From the IMG/VR virus record IMGVR_UViG_3300037400_001617: 64,000 nt of DNA, one strand, 5' to 3'. How positions within the stretch are numbered: the first letter of the stretch is position 1; each line of letters opens with the position of its first letter. This DNA comes from a virus. Taxonomy: Duplodnaviria > Caudoviricetes. A program made the position numbers and the translations under genes. Of this stretch, positions 50,015 to 59,618 are shown in pieces. Under the pieces are notes generated by a model that searched no databases, was not told the origin of the DNA, and saw only the letters and a list, made by a program, of their open reading frames with translations.

Positions 50015-52747
50015 TTATACTGTAGTCACATCGCTACTCAGTGTTGAGTAGTTGAGTGCTGTGATTGTGAAGATTTCTGCCTGTGCAAACGGTCTGAATA
50101 CAACTTCGATAGCTGCATAGTAGATCTTGTTTGCTACAGAGTTCTCATCCTGAACGTACTTGAATCTCAGAGCAGCGAACTTAGAACGGAATACCTTGAG
50201 GACTTCCTCTACTGAACGCTGGTAAGTAGACAGGTCGTTGTTATCGATGAACTTGTATCTTGAAGCAGGGCAAGCCTTTCTTACAGCCTGCATTACCTGA
50301 TGAACAAGCATGATATTGTTGATGTATGAGAAGTCTGAATCCTTAGGGCTGAGTGTGAACTCGGTATCCATAGTGAAGACTCCGTTGTAGTATGAGCCGT
50401 AGTTGACCTTGAGGTCTGTCATCTTCTGTTTCTCATTAACGATTGTCTCATCGTCTGAAGGATAAGTATCGCCGATGTATGAACGTGATGTCATTGCAGA
50501 AGAAGGATAGATCTTAGGAATGTAGTTTATAGTACCCTCGATGAATTCAGGAAGTACGATGCCATATCCCTGACCAGCGAACGGACGACCAACACCATTG
50601 ATGAAGTGGCTAACCATCAGTCTTGACAGTCCATATGTAGCTGTAACAGTGATCTGCTTGTTTGAATAAGGATCACGGATATCACCGTAGATCGAAGTAA
50701 CAGAGCAGTTACGATCATGAATATAGTAGTTTGTTGCTTCCTCATCAGGCGGGAACTCGTTTTCGTCGTCGACTACATTGATAAGAGTATTAACGTCGTC
50801 GTAAGTCTTAACGTCTGAGTTAAGATCGAGGTAAACGAAGAAGTCACCTCTGTATGCAGCAAGCTTCTGGATAGCGAGCTTAACCTTCTTGTCGTAGTTA
50901 GCATCGAACACGCAGTTCGGGAACCATACGTCAAGATTGAAGATGTCTCTGTCGAACTGACCGTTGAAGAACTTTCTGTACTGATTCTGGTAAGAGAGAT
51001 CCCATGAGTACTCCTGAACTGTAATAGTTGCGTCGTACTTATAGAGAGTATCAACAGCCTGTGCTCTTGTCAGCTCAGCTGAGATATAGTAGTATCCGCC
51101 GCCAGTAGAAGCTACCTTGAGCTTTGTAGCAGATGAGTGTTCTTCAGGATTCTGAGCATCAACAACAAAATCAGCACCGCTGAAGTTGATATTAAGGCCA
51201 GCAAGCTTCAGAAGATTGATAGCAGCATCACACTTGTCGTGAGTTGCTTCTGTTTCTCCTGTTACCATGAAACCGAGGTTTACCTTAGAGCCAGCAGCTA
51301 TTGTAGTAACAGCTGTACCAGTACTGTCATATACCTGAGCAGTAGCGCCGAGAGCAGCCTTAGAAGTGATTGTAGTAGTATATACTGTATTATCAATTAC
51401 ACCGTCGTCACCATAACGAAGATTCTCGAAGATGTTTTGCTTTGAACGAGTCTTGTAGTTATAGTAGTAGTAAGTGATATCAGCATCGCCGCTATCGAGG
51501 TTGTTAGCAGTAGAATTACTTACACAGTAGAGATCTGATGTAGCACCTCTTGTAACACGGTTGTCAACAAGAGTAGTACCAGAGAGATCATAACCGAAGA
51601 GACAGTCTGCATCATCGAAGAGATACTCGTTGTTGATACTGAGCTCATCGTTGATTAACTGCAGGAGCTTGTCATAAGAATCGTAATAGTACTTAACCTT
51701 GATCTGGTCAGACTTCAGATTAACTGCAGATTCGATATCGAAAGTATAACCAGTGTTAGTGTTTCTTGAGTAGGGGTTAACAGTAAATGCATATGTTTCA
51801 AGTGTTCTTCCTGTTACAGAATCAGAAACCTTGAGAGTATATACTGCCTTGCCGATAGACTTAGATGTGTTTACATCGAATACGATAGCATAGTTCTTCA
51901 GAGAAGCACCACGACCGTTATCGAAGATTGTGAAGAGCGGGAAGAAGTACTCGCCGCCGTTAGCGGCTGCATATACTGTAGAAAGGAACTTTGTCTGAAC
52001 CAGAGTTTTATCTTCATCTGTAGAAGCTTCAGAGTAATCTGCTGTTACTGTACCAGTACCAGAAGGATCTGCGTAAACTACTTCAGAAGAGTTACCGTTG
52101 GCGATTATACCAGCAGTATAGACATTACCAGTCCATGTACCGTTATCGAGAGGAATGTTCTCTGTTGTAGTTCCGTTGGTATACACGCCAACGAGACCAG
52201 TGTTCATTTTCAGAGATTCGCCCATCGAAATATCATAGGATATCTTGTCCTTGTGGGTATTATACATGAACTTACCCTCGACGATAGCAGAGTTGTTAGA
52301 AGTATTGGTAGTGTCCTTTATCGATGCGATTACAGGACGAAGTACATATTTCTTTGTATCGCCGAATGTAGCATCCTTGATATAGCCGTCTTCGTTCTTA
52401 GTGAACCTAACGTCAAGCTGCTTTGAGAGCATAATGCCGACTGTAGCATTAGCAAGTTTAGCGGAGTCAAGAACTGCTCTCTTTGCGATGAGTCTTGCTC
52501 CTTCATTGATGTCCATGGAAGCCTGGAGAAGAGGCTGCTTATATGTGTTGAACTTGATCTTGTCCTGCGAACCATAAAGGTTATAGAAACGCTGACCAGC
52601 AACAAGAAGCATATCTTCTGGTCCCTTAGGTGCTCTGAAAGTTGTCATGAATACAGGTGCTGAGTTGCTGACCTGCTGAATCGGCACTGCAGCACTAGCT
52701 TCAGAATGATCTCTCAGGACAAATTGTGTGCCAGGATATCTTGCCAT
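50015..52747 (-). CDS. contractile tail sheath protein
   Basis: 910 aa; starts MARYPGTQF; contains VFDANY, RGD and a C-terminal YINN...IEVVFRPFAQAEIFTI typical of sheath proteins. Confidence 0.8.
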   Translation of the reverse strand: MARYPGTQFVLRDHSEASAAVPIQQVSNSAPVFMTTFRAPKGPEDMLLVAGQRFYNLYGSQDKIKFNTYKQPLLQASMDINEGARLIAKRAVLDSAKLANATVGIMLSKQLDVRFTKNEDGYIKDATFGDTKKYVLRPVIASIKDTTNTSNNSAIVEGKFMYNTHKDKISYDISMGESLKMNTGLVGVYTNGTTTENIPLDNGTWTGNVYTAGIIANGNSSEVVYADPSGTGTVTADYSEASTDEDKTLVQTKFLSTVYAAANGGEYFFPLFTIFDNGRGASLKNYAIVFDVNTSKSIGKAVYTLKVSDSVTGRTLETYAFTVNPYSRNTNTGYTFDIESAVNLKSDQIKVKYYYDSYDKLLQLINDELSINNEYLFDDADCLFGYDLSGTTLVDNRVTRGATSDLYCVSNSTANNLDSGDADITYYYYNYKTRSKQNIFENLRYGDDGVIDNTVYTTTITSKAALGATAQVYDSTGTAVTTIAAGSKVNLGFMVTGETEATHDKCDAAINLLKLAGLNINFSGADFVVDAQNPEEHSSATKLKVASTGGGYYYISAELTRAQAVDTLYKYDATITVQEYSWDLSYQNQYRKFFNGQFDRDIFNLDVWFPNCVFDANYDKKVKLAIQKLAAYRGDFFVYLDLNSDVKTYDDVNTLINVVDDENEFPPDEEATNYYIHDRNCSVTSIYGDIRDPYSNKQITVTATYGLSRLMVSHFINGVGRPFAGQGYGIVLPEFIEGTINYIPKIYPSSAMTSRSYIGDTYPSDDETIVNEKQKMTDLKVNYGSYYNGVFTMDTEFTLSPKDSDFSYINNIMLVHQVMQAVRKACPASRYKFIDNNDLSTYQRSVEEVLKVFRSKFAALRFKYVQDENSVANKIYYAAIEVVFRPFAQAEIFTITALNYSTLSSDVTTV

Positions 52748-52853
52748 TAGTTATTCCTCCTTTTAGATTTATAGTAATAATAAGGATTGTCATAATCTAA
52801 TCTAAAGAATTAGATCTTTATACTGATGTTATAGACGGAGCCAGCTCCGTTGA

Positions 52854-53576
52854 TTAGTCCATCATAATCTTTTCAAGCGGAGATTCACCATTGTTACCGA
52901 CAACCATTGATGATACAAGAGCCTTATCCCAAGTCTCTGAAGTGAAGGCTGTAAACGGTGATACTTCACGAGGAATGTCTCGTATGTTTACCATACGGTA
53001 TTCGTTCATGTCCTTTGATCCAGAAAGCCTGAATGGAACTGAAGTGTCGGATGCTGATCTAGCACACTCAGAAACTACGATACCGATAAGCTGAAGGGAC
53101 ACATCATAGCTGTTCTCTGTAAGCTCAATGTTTCTGAGGAAGTACTCCTGAAGCTGATCGTAGGGTATAGTGTTAGGTATGTTTCCATACTGTAAAGCTC
53201 TATACCAAGTATCAAGATTTCCACCATCTACAACTACTTCTGAGGATACTACTATCATAGCATCCTTGTTGTACTTGAGAAGACGATAGTCTTGTACATC
53301 AGTATTCTTGGTAAGCTTCAATCCTTTCACTATTTCAATGTCATCAGGTTTAGTGACAAACATTGCTGGGAAGTTAAAGTTGTGCAAGCCCGAAGCTGGC
53401 TTGCCGTCTTTGTTAAGAATAGCATAGGTACATATACCGAATAATGAGATATACTCACCATTGAAGACAGCCAGCTTAGTATCAAAGAACTTCTCAGGAA
53501 CATAGAAAACGAACGTTCCTTCGGAGTTGAATGCATAGCCACCATCTTTCTCTTTGATGAAGTTAGGCATTGCCAT
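52854..53576 (-). CDS. hypothetical protein
   Basis: ~240 aa, own promoter at 53593-53605, AAGGAG RBS. Confidence 0.55.
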   Translation of the reverse strand: MAMPNFIKEKDGGYAFNSEGTFVFYVPEKFFDTKLAVFNGEYISLFGICTYAILNKDGKPASGLHNFNFPAMFVTKPDDIEIVKGLKLTKNTDVQDYRLLKYNKDAMIVVSSEVVVDGGNLDTWYRALQYGNIPNTIPYDQLQEYFLRNIELTENSYDVSLQLIGIVVSECARSASDTSVPFRLSGSKDMNEYRMVNIRDIPREVSPFTAFTSETWDKALVSSMVVGNNGESPLEKIMMD

Positions 53577-53694
53577 AGATATCACTCTCCTTTTAATAGA
53601 TGGTTTGGCTGTATATTATATATGTGTACATGTACATGACCACTTACACTATATTAATGGTCATGCCATGAATCTTATAAAGGAGGAATTCATC

Positions 53695-54030
53695 ATGGAA
53701 TACAAGATGAAGGGGAGATTGATAACTCCCAAAGAAGAAGAATTGATGAAACAGATCAAAAACACTGATGCGTACGAGAAGATCATCAATGTATCTAATG
53801 TCGCAGTCACTGTAGAAGAACGGAGCCATATAGCAGAGATGGCAAGAGATTTCTTAAAGTTCTTCGCTTCTCGTGCTGCTACAATCAACCAAACCGATCA
53901 ACCGATAGTGAAGAAGCATACGTTGTCGGTAGATGAGTTCAGAAAGAACCCAATTAAACCGCCTAACGTAAACACTATCGAAGTCATCATGACAACGAAA
54001 GAATCAATCAAGAAGGGGGTTAATCCATGA
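53695..54030 (+). CDS. hypothetical protein (early-type cluster)
   Basis: Start MEYKMK after AAGGAGG; early motif at 53610. Confidence 0.55.
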   Translation: MEYKMKGRLITPKEEELMKQIKNTDAYEKIINVSNVAVTVEERSHIAEMARDFLKFFASRAATINQTDQPIVKKHTLSVDEFRKNPIKPPNVNTIEVIMTTKESIKKGVNP

Positions 54031-54545
54031 TTGATGAAGAAGAAATGAAATATGAATCTGTACTCTTTGGAGACAGCTTCATGATAGTAAAGAGAATCTC
54101 TGAAGAAGAGTTTCTCAAGTATCTTATCTATCGTTTAGATCCCGAAGAAAATAAACTGGACTCGTGCAAAATGGATCTCGTCGATTTTGGGAAGGTAAAT
54201 AAGAACAAGAACAAGCTAAACTATGGTTCATCATATGCTGCTGCATATATAGATGAGTTCAAGACTGAGAACATGCCGAAACCAGACACAACTACTATCG
54301 AAGTGATTCAGACTACAGACTATGAAAGACTGAACAGGATAGCTGACTATTTCAGCTATTCACATTACCTGATAGATGCGCTCGTATTAGACGCAATGTT
54401 AGAGGAAAAGGAGGAGAAGAACAATGATACTGTCATTGGCAAGATTAGTTATAGATGTAGCATACCCTATAACAATCGCATGTATAATAATGATAATAAT
54501 GAAGACGTTTCAGCTCGTAGATGTCGCTTTAGACATCGTAAATAA
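54027..54545 (+). CDS. hypothetical protein sharing a motif with the upstream gene
   Basis: ATGA overlap; shared DEF...KP...TIEVI-x-TT motif. Confidence 0.5.
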   Translation: MIDEEEMKYESVLFGDSFMIVKRISEEEFLKYLIYRLDPEENKLDSCKMDLVDFGKVNKNKNKLNYGSSYAAAYIDEFKTENMPKPDTTTIEVIQTTDYERLNRIADYFSYSHYLIDALVLDAMLEEKEEKNNDTVIGKISYRCSIPYNNRMYNNDNNEDVSARRCRFRHRK

Positions 54546-54738
54546 GAGTGTACCCAGGAAGGTTACCTCTAAAAGAGCTAAGAAAATCTTCAAGCACCTC
54601 AGAGGGTTGCTTGTTGCGTTGATGATAACTGCTATTGTAACCCTGACAGCAGCTATCGATCTCAGATCTGCAGGAGAAGAGATTGAACTGATACACTTAT
54701 ACAGTATAGGAGGAGGACTTGGAAATGGATGTATCTAA
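54424..54738 (+). CDS. small membrane protein (two hydrophobic helices)
   Basis: AAGGAGG RBS; hydrophobic segments VAYPITIACIIMIIM and GLLVALMITAIVTLTAAI separated by a basic loop. Confidence 0.5.
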   Translation: MILSLARLVIDVAYPITIACIIMIIMKTFQLVDVALDIVNKSVPRKVTSKRAKKIFKHLRGLLVALMITAIVTLTAAIDLRSAGEEIELIHLYSIGGGLGNGCI

Positions 54739-55201
54739 CTTTTGCGAAGCCATCGGGTATAACAACCCGATGGAATTTACGTCAACCAAAGAGCTGGTTA
54801 AGCAGCTTTCTAATAATCTTGTGACTTATACGAGAGGTAAGATAGCTGCTCCATACTTTATTGAGAGTGGTATAGAAGACGTTGGCTCTGTAATACTCTC
54901 TAGAGGAGCTCGTTTCCTTTTAGACTATAGAACCAACGAAATCTATGTAGTACATCCAGTACTGAATGTACCATATGGAGATTACATGAGAAAGCTCAAG
55001 TCTTTTGTGGACGATATTCGTAAGAACCAGCTTGAAGACTACCTGGTTGGCAATATCGAAAGCTTCACTGGTAATCCAGATGATGTGTTTGCTAAGAAAG
55101 CTGGAGTGGAATACGATTACGTATTCCCATCATCAAACAGGCGACTTGTCATCTGGTACAAGAAAGAAAGGAGTGAAAACAATGATAAAGATAGAGCGTG
55201 A
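54725..55201 (+). CDS. hypothetical protein
   Basis: AGGAGGAGG RBS. Confidence 0.5.
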   Translation: MDVSNFCEAIGYNNPMEFTSTKELVKQLSNNLVTYTRGKIAAPYFIESGIEDVGSVILSRGARFLLDYRTNEIYVVHPVLNVPYGDYMRKLKSFVDDIRKNQLEDYLVGNIESFTGNPDDVFAKKAGVEYDYVFPSSNRRLVIWYKKERSENNDKDRA

Positions 55202-56057
55202 TCACTCTATAGTAACAATCAGATTCGACTGTTATACGATAACATACGATGAATGGTATGTGGCTGAAACAATCACAGTCGAATGTGACTTAGCGAAAGT
55301 CAATGAAATCATCGACGGCAAAGAAAGAAGATGGGTGGTACCTGTACTGGAATCAGTATCAGTAGAGTATGGAGAAAGAAAATTTGTACTCTACATCCCG
55401 TTTAGAGACGAAAGGATTATGATAGACTGCATCCACCCAGAGCTGTCTACATACGTCATGATGGACAACAGAAATGGCAGTATAGAACTAAACCTCACAT
55501 CAGGTTTAGGTTTCGTACGCAAATACAGACCGATTTACAAGGAGGAAAATGAAATGAGCAATTGTATCAACAACAACGACAAGTCATCATTCATCAAGAA
55601 GGAAGTATTCATAATCATGAACGACAGGATCTTTATGTATCATCTTCCCTTTCATGGACAGGTGATAGAGTATCTTCTGAAGAGTGATGCAGTTTCCCAG
55701 CAGATACTGGTATGCTGTGACTACGCTCGTATCAAAGGATCTATCATGGAACAGACTTTCGATGGTTTATCTATCGATGGAAAGCCTCTCCCTGTAGAGG
55801 CAGGACACGAGTGTCATGTAATAGGAAGTCTGGAAAGCTCAGCATACGATACAGTCCAGCAGATATACATCGTAGGCTCAGATGGTAAAGAGTTTTTCAT
55901 TGACACCTATTCGGAAGACATAGGTATAGGGGCTAAAGATGGCAGTGGATGCCATATAAAACTCAAAGACCCTGTAACCAAAGAGATCAAAGACTTCCAT
56001 GTCAATTACGCTTTCAGTGTAAGCGGCAAACGATTCATCTACCAGTCAGCAAACTAA
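55182..56057 (+). CDS. hypothetical protein with an internal in-frame start at 55554
   Basis: Start MIKIERD after AAAGGAG. Confidence 0.5.
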   Translation: MIKIERDHSIVTIRFDCYTITYDEWYVAETITVECDLAKVNEIIDGKERRWVVPVLESVSVEYGERKFVLYIPFRDERIMIDCIHPELSTYVMMDNRNGSIELNLTSGLGFVRKYRPIYKEENEMSNCINNNDKSSFIKKEVFIIMNDRIFMYHLPFHGQVIEYLLKSDAVSQQILVCCDYARIKGSIMEQTFDGLSIDGKPLPVEAGHECHVIGSLESSAYDTVQQIYIVGSDGKEFFIDTYSEDIGIGAKDGSGCHIKLKDPVTKEIKDFHVNYAFSVSGKRFIYQSAN

Positions 56058-56070
56058 GGAGGACGATACA

Positions 56071-56739
56071 ATGTATAAAATAGCAATAGCAGAGAGCAAT
56101 AAGCTCGGAAAGTTGATAGTACAGTGGTTATACACCACATATAGTGTGACGATCCACAAAGTGACGAACTCTCCGTCGCTAGTGCATAATCTTTTCTTTC
56201 ATTATGAAGAATTCGATGCCAATAAATTCTTCACACATGATGACGAGGTTCAATACAGCATAACAAACAAGAACCTTAGAAGATTAGGAGATGAGACTCA
56301 CTGTATAGGCTGCGAGTTCTATCTTCTCGAAACTGGAGAGAGATACTATCTCGACTTTGTCAATGAGACAGTCGAAAAACTGACTGAAGAGAAAGAAGCT
56401 AAAGAAAAGGAGCAGCCTGAGGAGATGTATATCAACGACAGAGATAAAGGTAAAGTCGTCAGAATCGGCAAGATCACTTATAAGTGCGGCGATGACTTCG
56501 ATATCTATGATGATGGTATGACCAGTCTTGTTATAGACTGGGTAAACCGCAAGATATTAGAGGTTGATATGAGCTACTTTATTCCTTGTCCAGACGACGA
56601 AGAGATCGACGATGAGACTCTGGAAGAGAGATTCTTCAAAGAATCAACTATGATGTCATACGACTTCAGACAGAGAGTAAAGGGTGGTTATATCTTTATA
56701 AAAACACTTGATGAAGGCGAGGATGAAGAAGATGAATAA
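56071..56739 (+). CDS. hypothetical protein
   Basis: 222 aa, AAGGAGG RBS. Confidence 0.55.
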   Translation: MYKIAIAESNKLGKLIVQWLYTTYSVTIHKVTNSPSLVHNLFFHYEEFDANKFFTHDDEVQYSITNKNLRRLGDETHCIGCEFYLLETGERYYLDFVNETVEKLTEEKEAKEKEQPEEMYINDRDKGKVVRIGKITYKCGDDFDIYDDGMTSLVIDWVNRKILEVDMSYFIPCPDDEEIDDETLEERFFKESTMMSYDFRQRVKGGYIFIKTLDEGEDEEDE

Positions 56740-57469
56740 CGACAAAGCCAAGGAACTTCTCAAAGAGATATTCGGAGCTAAAGAGGAGAAGCATTCCTAT
56801 CCAGAGGAGTACCCTAATATAGTCCGCTGTATGGCGGACTATAGATACATTAAAAAGAAGAGTAGAAGGTTCTTCAATAGTTTCAATGGCTCTAGAAACT
56901 ATGTAAACTGTTCTTTCAGTAATGGGTCAATCATTCCGTCTATCATAAAAAGCACTATCAACGACAACGGTACCAGATATGTGATCGATGAAAGGACTTA
57001 CTGTGCAGTTCTCTACCTAAGGGACAGATCATCAGTAATGACTGAATTCGAGTTCCTCAGACCTATCCTTCTGAATAAAGAAGGAACCAAGATGAAAGTT
57101 GCAGATCACTTCGAAAGCTGCTCAAGAACTATGTATGGATCAAATGACTATAGTACTTCTATACCTGGAGAGGAGGATGGATGCTTAACATGTCAGGATG
57201 TAGCATGGGCACTTACAGATCTCATTCACACTGCTTGTGATTTGAATCTGGAAGATGATCGTAAAGGGGATCGTTGGAGGAATGGTATCGAAGTGATTCT
57301 TCAGACTCATATGCTTAGAAACGACATTGTTGGACACTGGTACAAGTATGATGGGGATACGAAGAAGATACACTCACAGATAGATGTGTATAATATACCC
57401 ATCACAGGCTTCACAAACAGTACAAACAGTGTAGAGTACAACTTCCCTCGACAGATATTACAGCAGTAG
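56723..57469 (+). CDS. hypothetical protein
   Basis: ~248 aa, start uncertain; ends at the hairpin GAGGGTGGA-TTTC-TCCACCCTC. Confidence 0.5.
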   Translation: MKKMNNDKAKELLKEIFGAKEEKHSYPEEYPNIVRCMADYRYIKKKSRRFFNSFNGSRNYVNCSFSNGSIIPSIIKSTINDNGTRYVIDERTYCAVLYLRDRSSVMTEFEFLRPILLNKEGTKMKVADHFESCSRTMYGSNDYSTSIPGEEDGCLTCQDVAWALTDLIHTACDLNLEDDRKGDRWRNGIEVILQTHMLRNDIVGHWYKYDGDTKKIHSQIDVYNIPITGFTNSTNSVEYNFPRQILQQ

Positions 57470-57501
57470 AAGAGAGGGTGGATTTCTCCACCCTCCATCT
57501 G

Positions 57502-58335
57502 TTAAGGATTAGGCTGTTTGCAGAGAAGAGTTTCGATGATATCAACGATGCTCTTTCCAGCAAGATCATCTCCAGCTTTGAATCCACCCACGTCGTTTAC
57601 TACTTCGTGGAGTTTACCCTCTGGCCATGTAAGGCTAGGGATAGTAGCTGCTACATCGGCAAGAGCCTGTGTAGTAGCATAACCGCCGAGAGCAGTTTCG
57701 AGTGCTTCGGTAGTTACATAGCTTGACAGGTATGTTGTCATGTCTGTCTTAGCTACATAATCACCAAGTGCTGTTGTAAGAGCCTCTGTAGTTACGAGAC
57801 CTTCAACACTTGGGATAGTGGGCTTATCTGTAAGATCGTTATAGGAACCAGATACTGCTACAGTAGCAAGGAATGCCTTAACAAGATCTTCCAGCTCACC
57901 CATCTTAACGTACTCTTCAGGGTCTACAGGCTGATCGCCAGAGGGGAAGAGAAGCTTAGCAACAAGTTCTGAGAACGTAATGTCACCGAGCTTAGTACCC
58001 TTAGCAATACCGCCGACTCTGATAGTAGTACCTGTTTCGCTCTTATCCTGATAGATATCAGCCTTAGCGATGTTTTTGAGTATTTCGTTGAGTTGTCTCT
58101 TCAGAACGAAGAACTCCTCAGGATGATGAGGCCAAGGACCACAAGGCGGTACAGGATAGAAGTAACGAGTAGGAACAGGATTCGGCACACCAGGATTGTA
58201 AGGATTTACAACAGGTGCGTCGGGACAGCATCCACCAGGATGCTCATACGGTGGTCTGCCTGGGATCCACATGGGATCAGTCGGGCATGGACCAGGAATA
58301 CAATGTATTCTTTCGTCGTAAAGATTATTCGACAT
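57502..58335 (-). CDS. virion/fibre-like protein with a Pro/Cys-rich N-terminus
   Basis: SGSYNDLTDKP fibre-type motif, TTEALxTALGxY repeats, duplicated VGG[IF]xxG; late promoter at 58361-58373. Confidence 0.5.
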   Translation of the reverse strand: MSNNLYDERIHCIPGPCPTDPMWIPGRPPYEHPGGCCPDAPVVNPYNPGVPNPVPTRYFYPVPPCGPWPHHPEEFFVLKRQLNEILKNIAKADIYQDKSETGTTIRVGGIAKGTKLGDITFSELVAKLLFPSGDQPVDPEEYVKMGELEDLVKAFLATVAVSGSYNDLTDKPTIPSVEGLVTTEALTTALGDYVAKTDMTTYLSSYVTTEALETALGGYATTQALADVAATIPSLTWPEGKLHEVVNDVGGFKAGDDLAGKSIVDIIETLLCKQPNP

Positions 58336-58415
58336 ATCTAAACCTCCTTTAGGTGTAGTATTATTAGAGTGTTGAGTAAACTTGTGACGGCGAAAGAGAG
58401 ATGAAAGGAGAATGT

Positions 58416-59534
58416 ATGTATATGATAAAGGTAGATGAAGTAATAGAAATCCTTAAGAACAGGTTTAAAGCTAAGATTAAACAAGAACCTACAGACATGA
58501 TAGATATGAAAATCGACTCTCGTTTCAAGCTAAGTGCGTTAGCTGGTTTAATTGACATGAAGTACGCTAAAGATGAGAAAGAGATGACAAAAGAAGAGCT
58601 AAATCAAGCTTGCATCGAGATTGGTAAAGTAAAACTTCCAGCCGATATCATAGTTCAAAACACTGTCCCAATCAAAGATATCATTCTTAAGGACGATTAC
58701 AATCCAAAACAAAGCTATCGTTTCATTTTGTTTAAAGAAGAAGATTGGATCGTTAGAGAATACACGGTAGTAGATGGTTCTCTAACAATAATTGGGATAT
58801 TGGTTACGTACATTGATAATAATGTAAATGATGGAGCAGTGATCTTTCCAATAACAATGTTCTCTCATGAAGAATGTAATGAACTTTCATTAGAACTTTC
58901 CATGTCTTTCAAGTTCTGGCACAATGCTATCGTTTCTAAAGGTTATGAACCGCACAATGTGATATTGTACTCACGTATGATTACAGAAGAAGGTCTATGG
59001 AAACTTAACGCTTGGTATTGTGTACAAGTATCTTTACTCAATCCGCTAATCAGGTTTAAGACTAAAGAGAAGAATGTAATCGTTAGCCAGAAGACTAGGA
59101 AAGGTAAGAAGAAAAGTGGCGCTCCAAAAGTGAGGTACTTCAAGACAATATACATTGATAACGAACCTATCAATCAATTCTTTGATAAGAAAGAAGATGA
59201 GAACGGAAAGACTCATTATCACTGTCTTATGTGGTATGTGACTGGCCATTGGAGACACTATGCAAATGGTAAGAAGGTCTTCATCCAGGGATACTGGAAG
59301 GGTGAGGGACGTTTCTCTGGAATCGAAGCAGAGACAAGACAAAGAGAACTTGTGCTTGATGAGGACGATCTTCCGAAAGAAAGAGTTCCGAAGCCCAAGG
59401 AGCCCGTAAAGCGTCTCTTCGTGGACAGCACATATGACGAGCATGTTCGCTGTGAGTGCGGTCAGTTGACTGGCAGTGACCATCTCACTGAACGCTGCGA
59501 CAAGTGCAATACACTTGTAATGTATCGTAACTGA
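58416..59534 (+). CDS. hypothetical protein with a GHWR...GYWKG domain and a C-terminal Cys4 zinc ribbon
   Basis: WYVTGHWRHYANGKKVFIQGYWKG; CECG...CDKC. Confidence 0.55.
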   Translation: MYMIKVDEVIEILKNRFKAKIKQEPTDMIDMKIDSRFKLSALAGLIDMKYAKDEKEMTKEELNQACIEIGKVKLPADIIVQNTVPIKDIILKDDYNPKQSYRFILFKEEDWIVREYTVVDGSLTIIGILVTYIDNNVNDGAVIFPITMFSHEECNELSLELSMSFKFWHNAIVSKGYEPHNVILYSRMITEEGLWKLNAWYCVQVSLLNPLIRFKTKEKNVIVSQKTRKGKKKSGAPKVRYFKTIYIDNEPINQFFDKKEDENGKTHYHCLMWYVTGHWRHYANGKKVFIQGYWKGEGRFSGIEAETRQRELVLDEDDLPKERVPKPKEPVKRLFVDSTYDEHVRCECGQLTGSDHLTERCDKCNTLVMYRN

Positions 59535-59538
59535 ACAA

Positions 59539-59574
59539 ACAAGGCAGTGGGATTCACCCACTGCCTTGTTTTTT
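59539..59574. terminator. bidirectional intrinsic terminator
   Basis: ACAAGGCAGTGGG-ATTCA-CCCACTGCCTTGT followed by a T-tract, between convergent genes. Confidence 0.8.
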
Positions 59575-59618
59575 GTCGAATAGCTTTAATCAAAGTTGTC
59601 GTGTATGTACAATCACAT

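Noticed and set aside
54424-54738. Holin
   Set aside because: It has two hydrophobic helices, but sits in an early-type cluster with no adjacent endolysin; left as a generic membrane protein.
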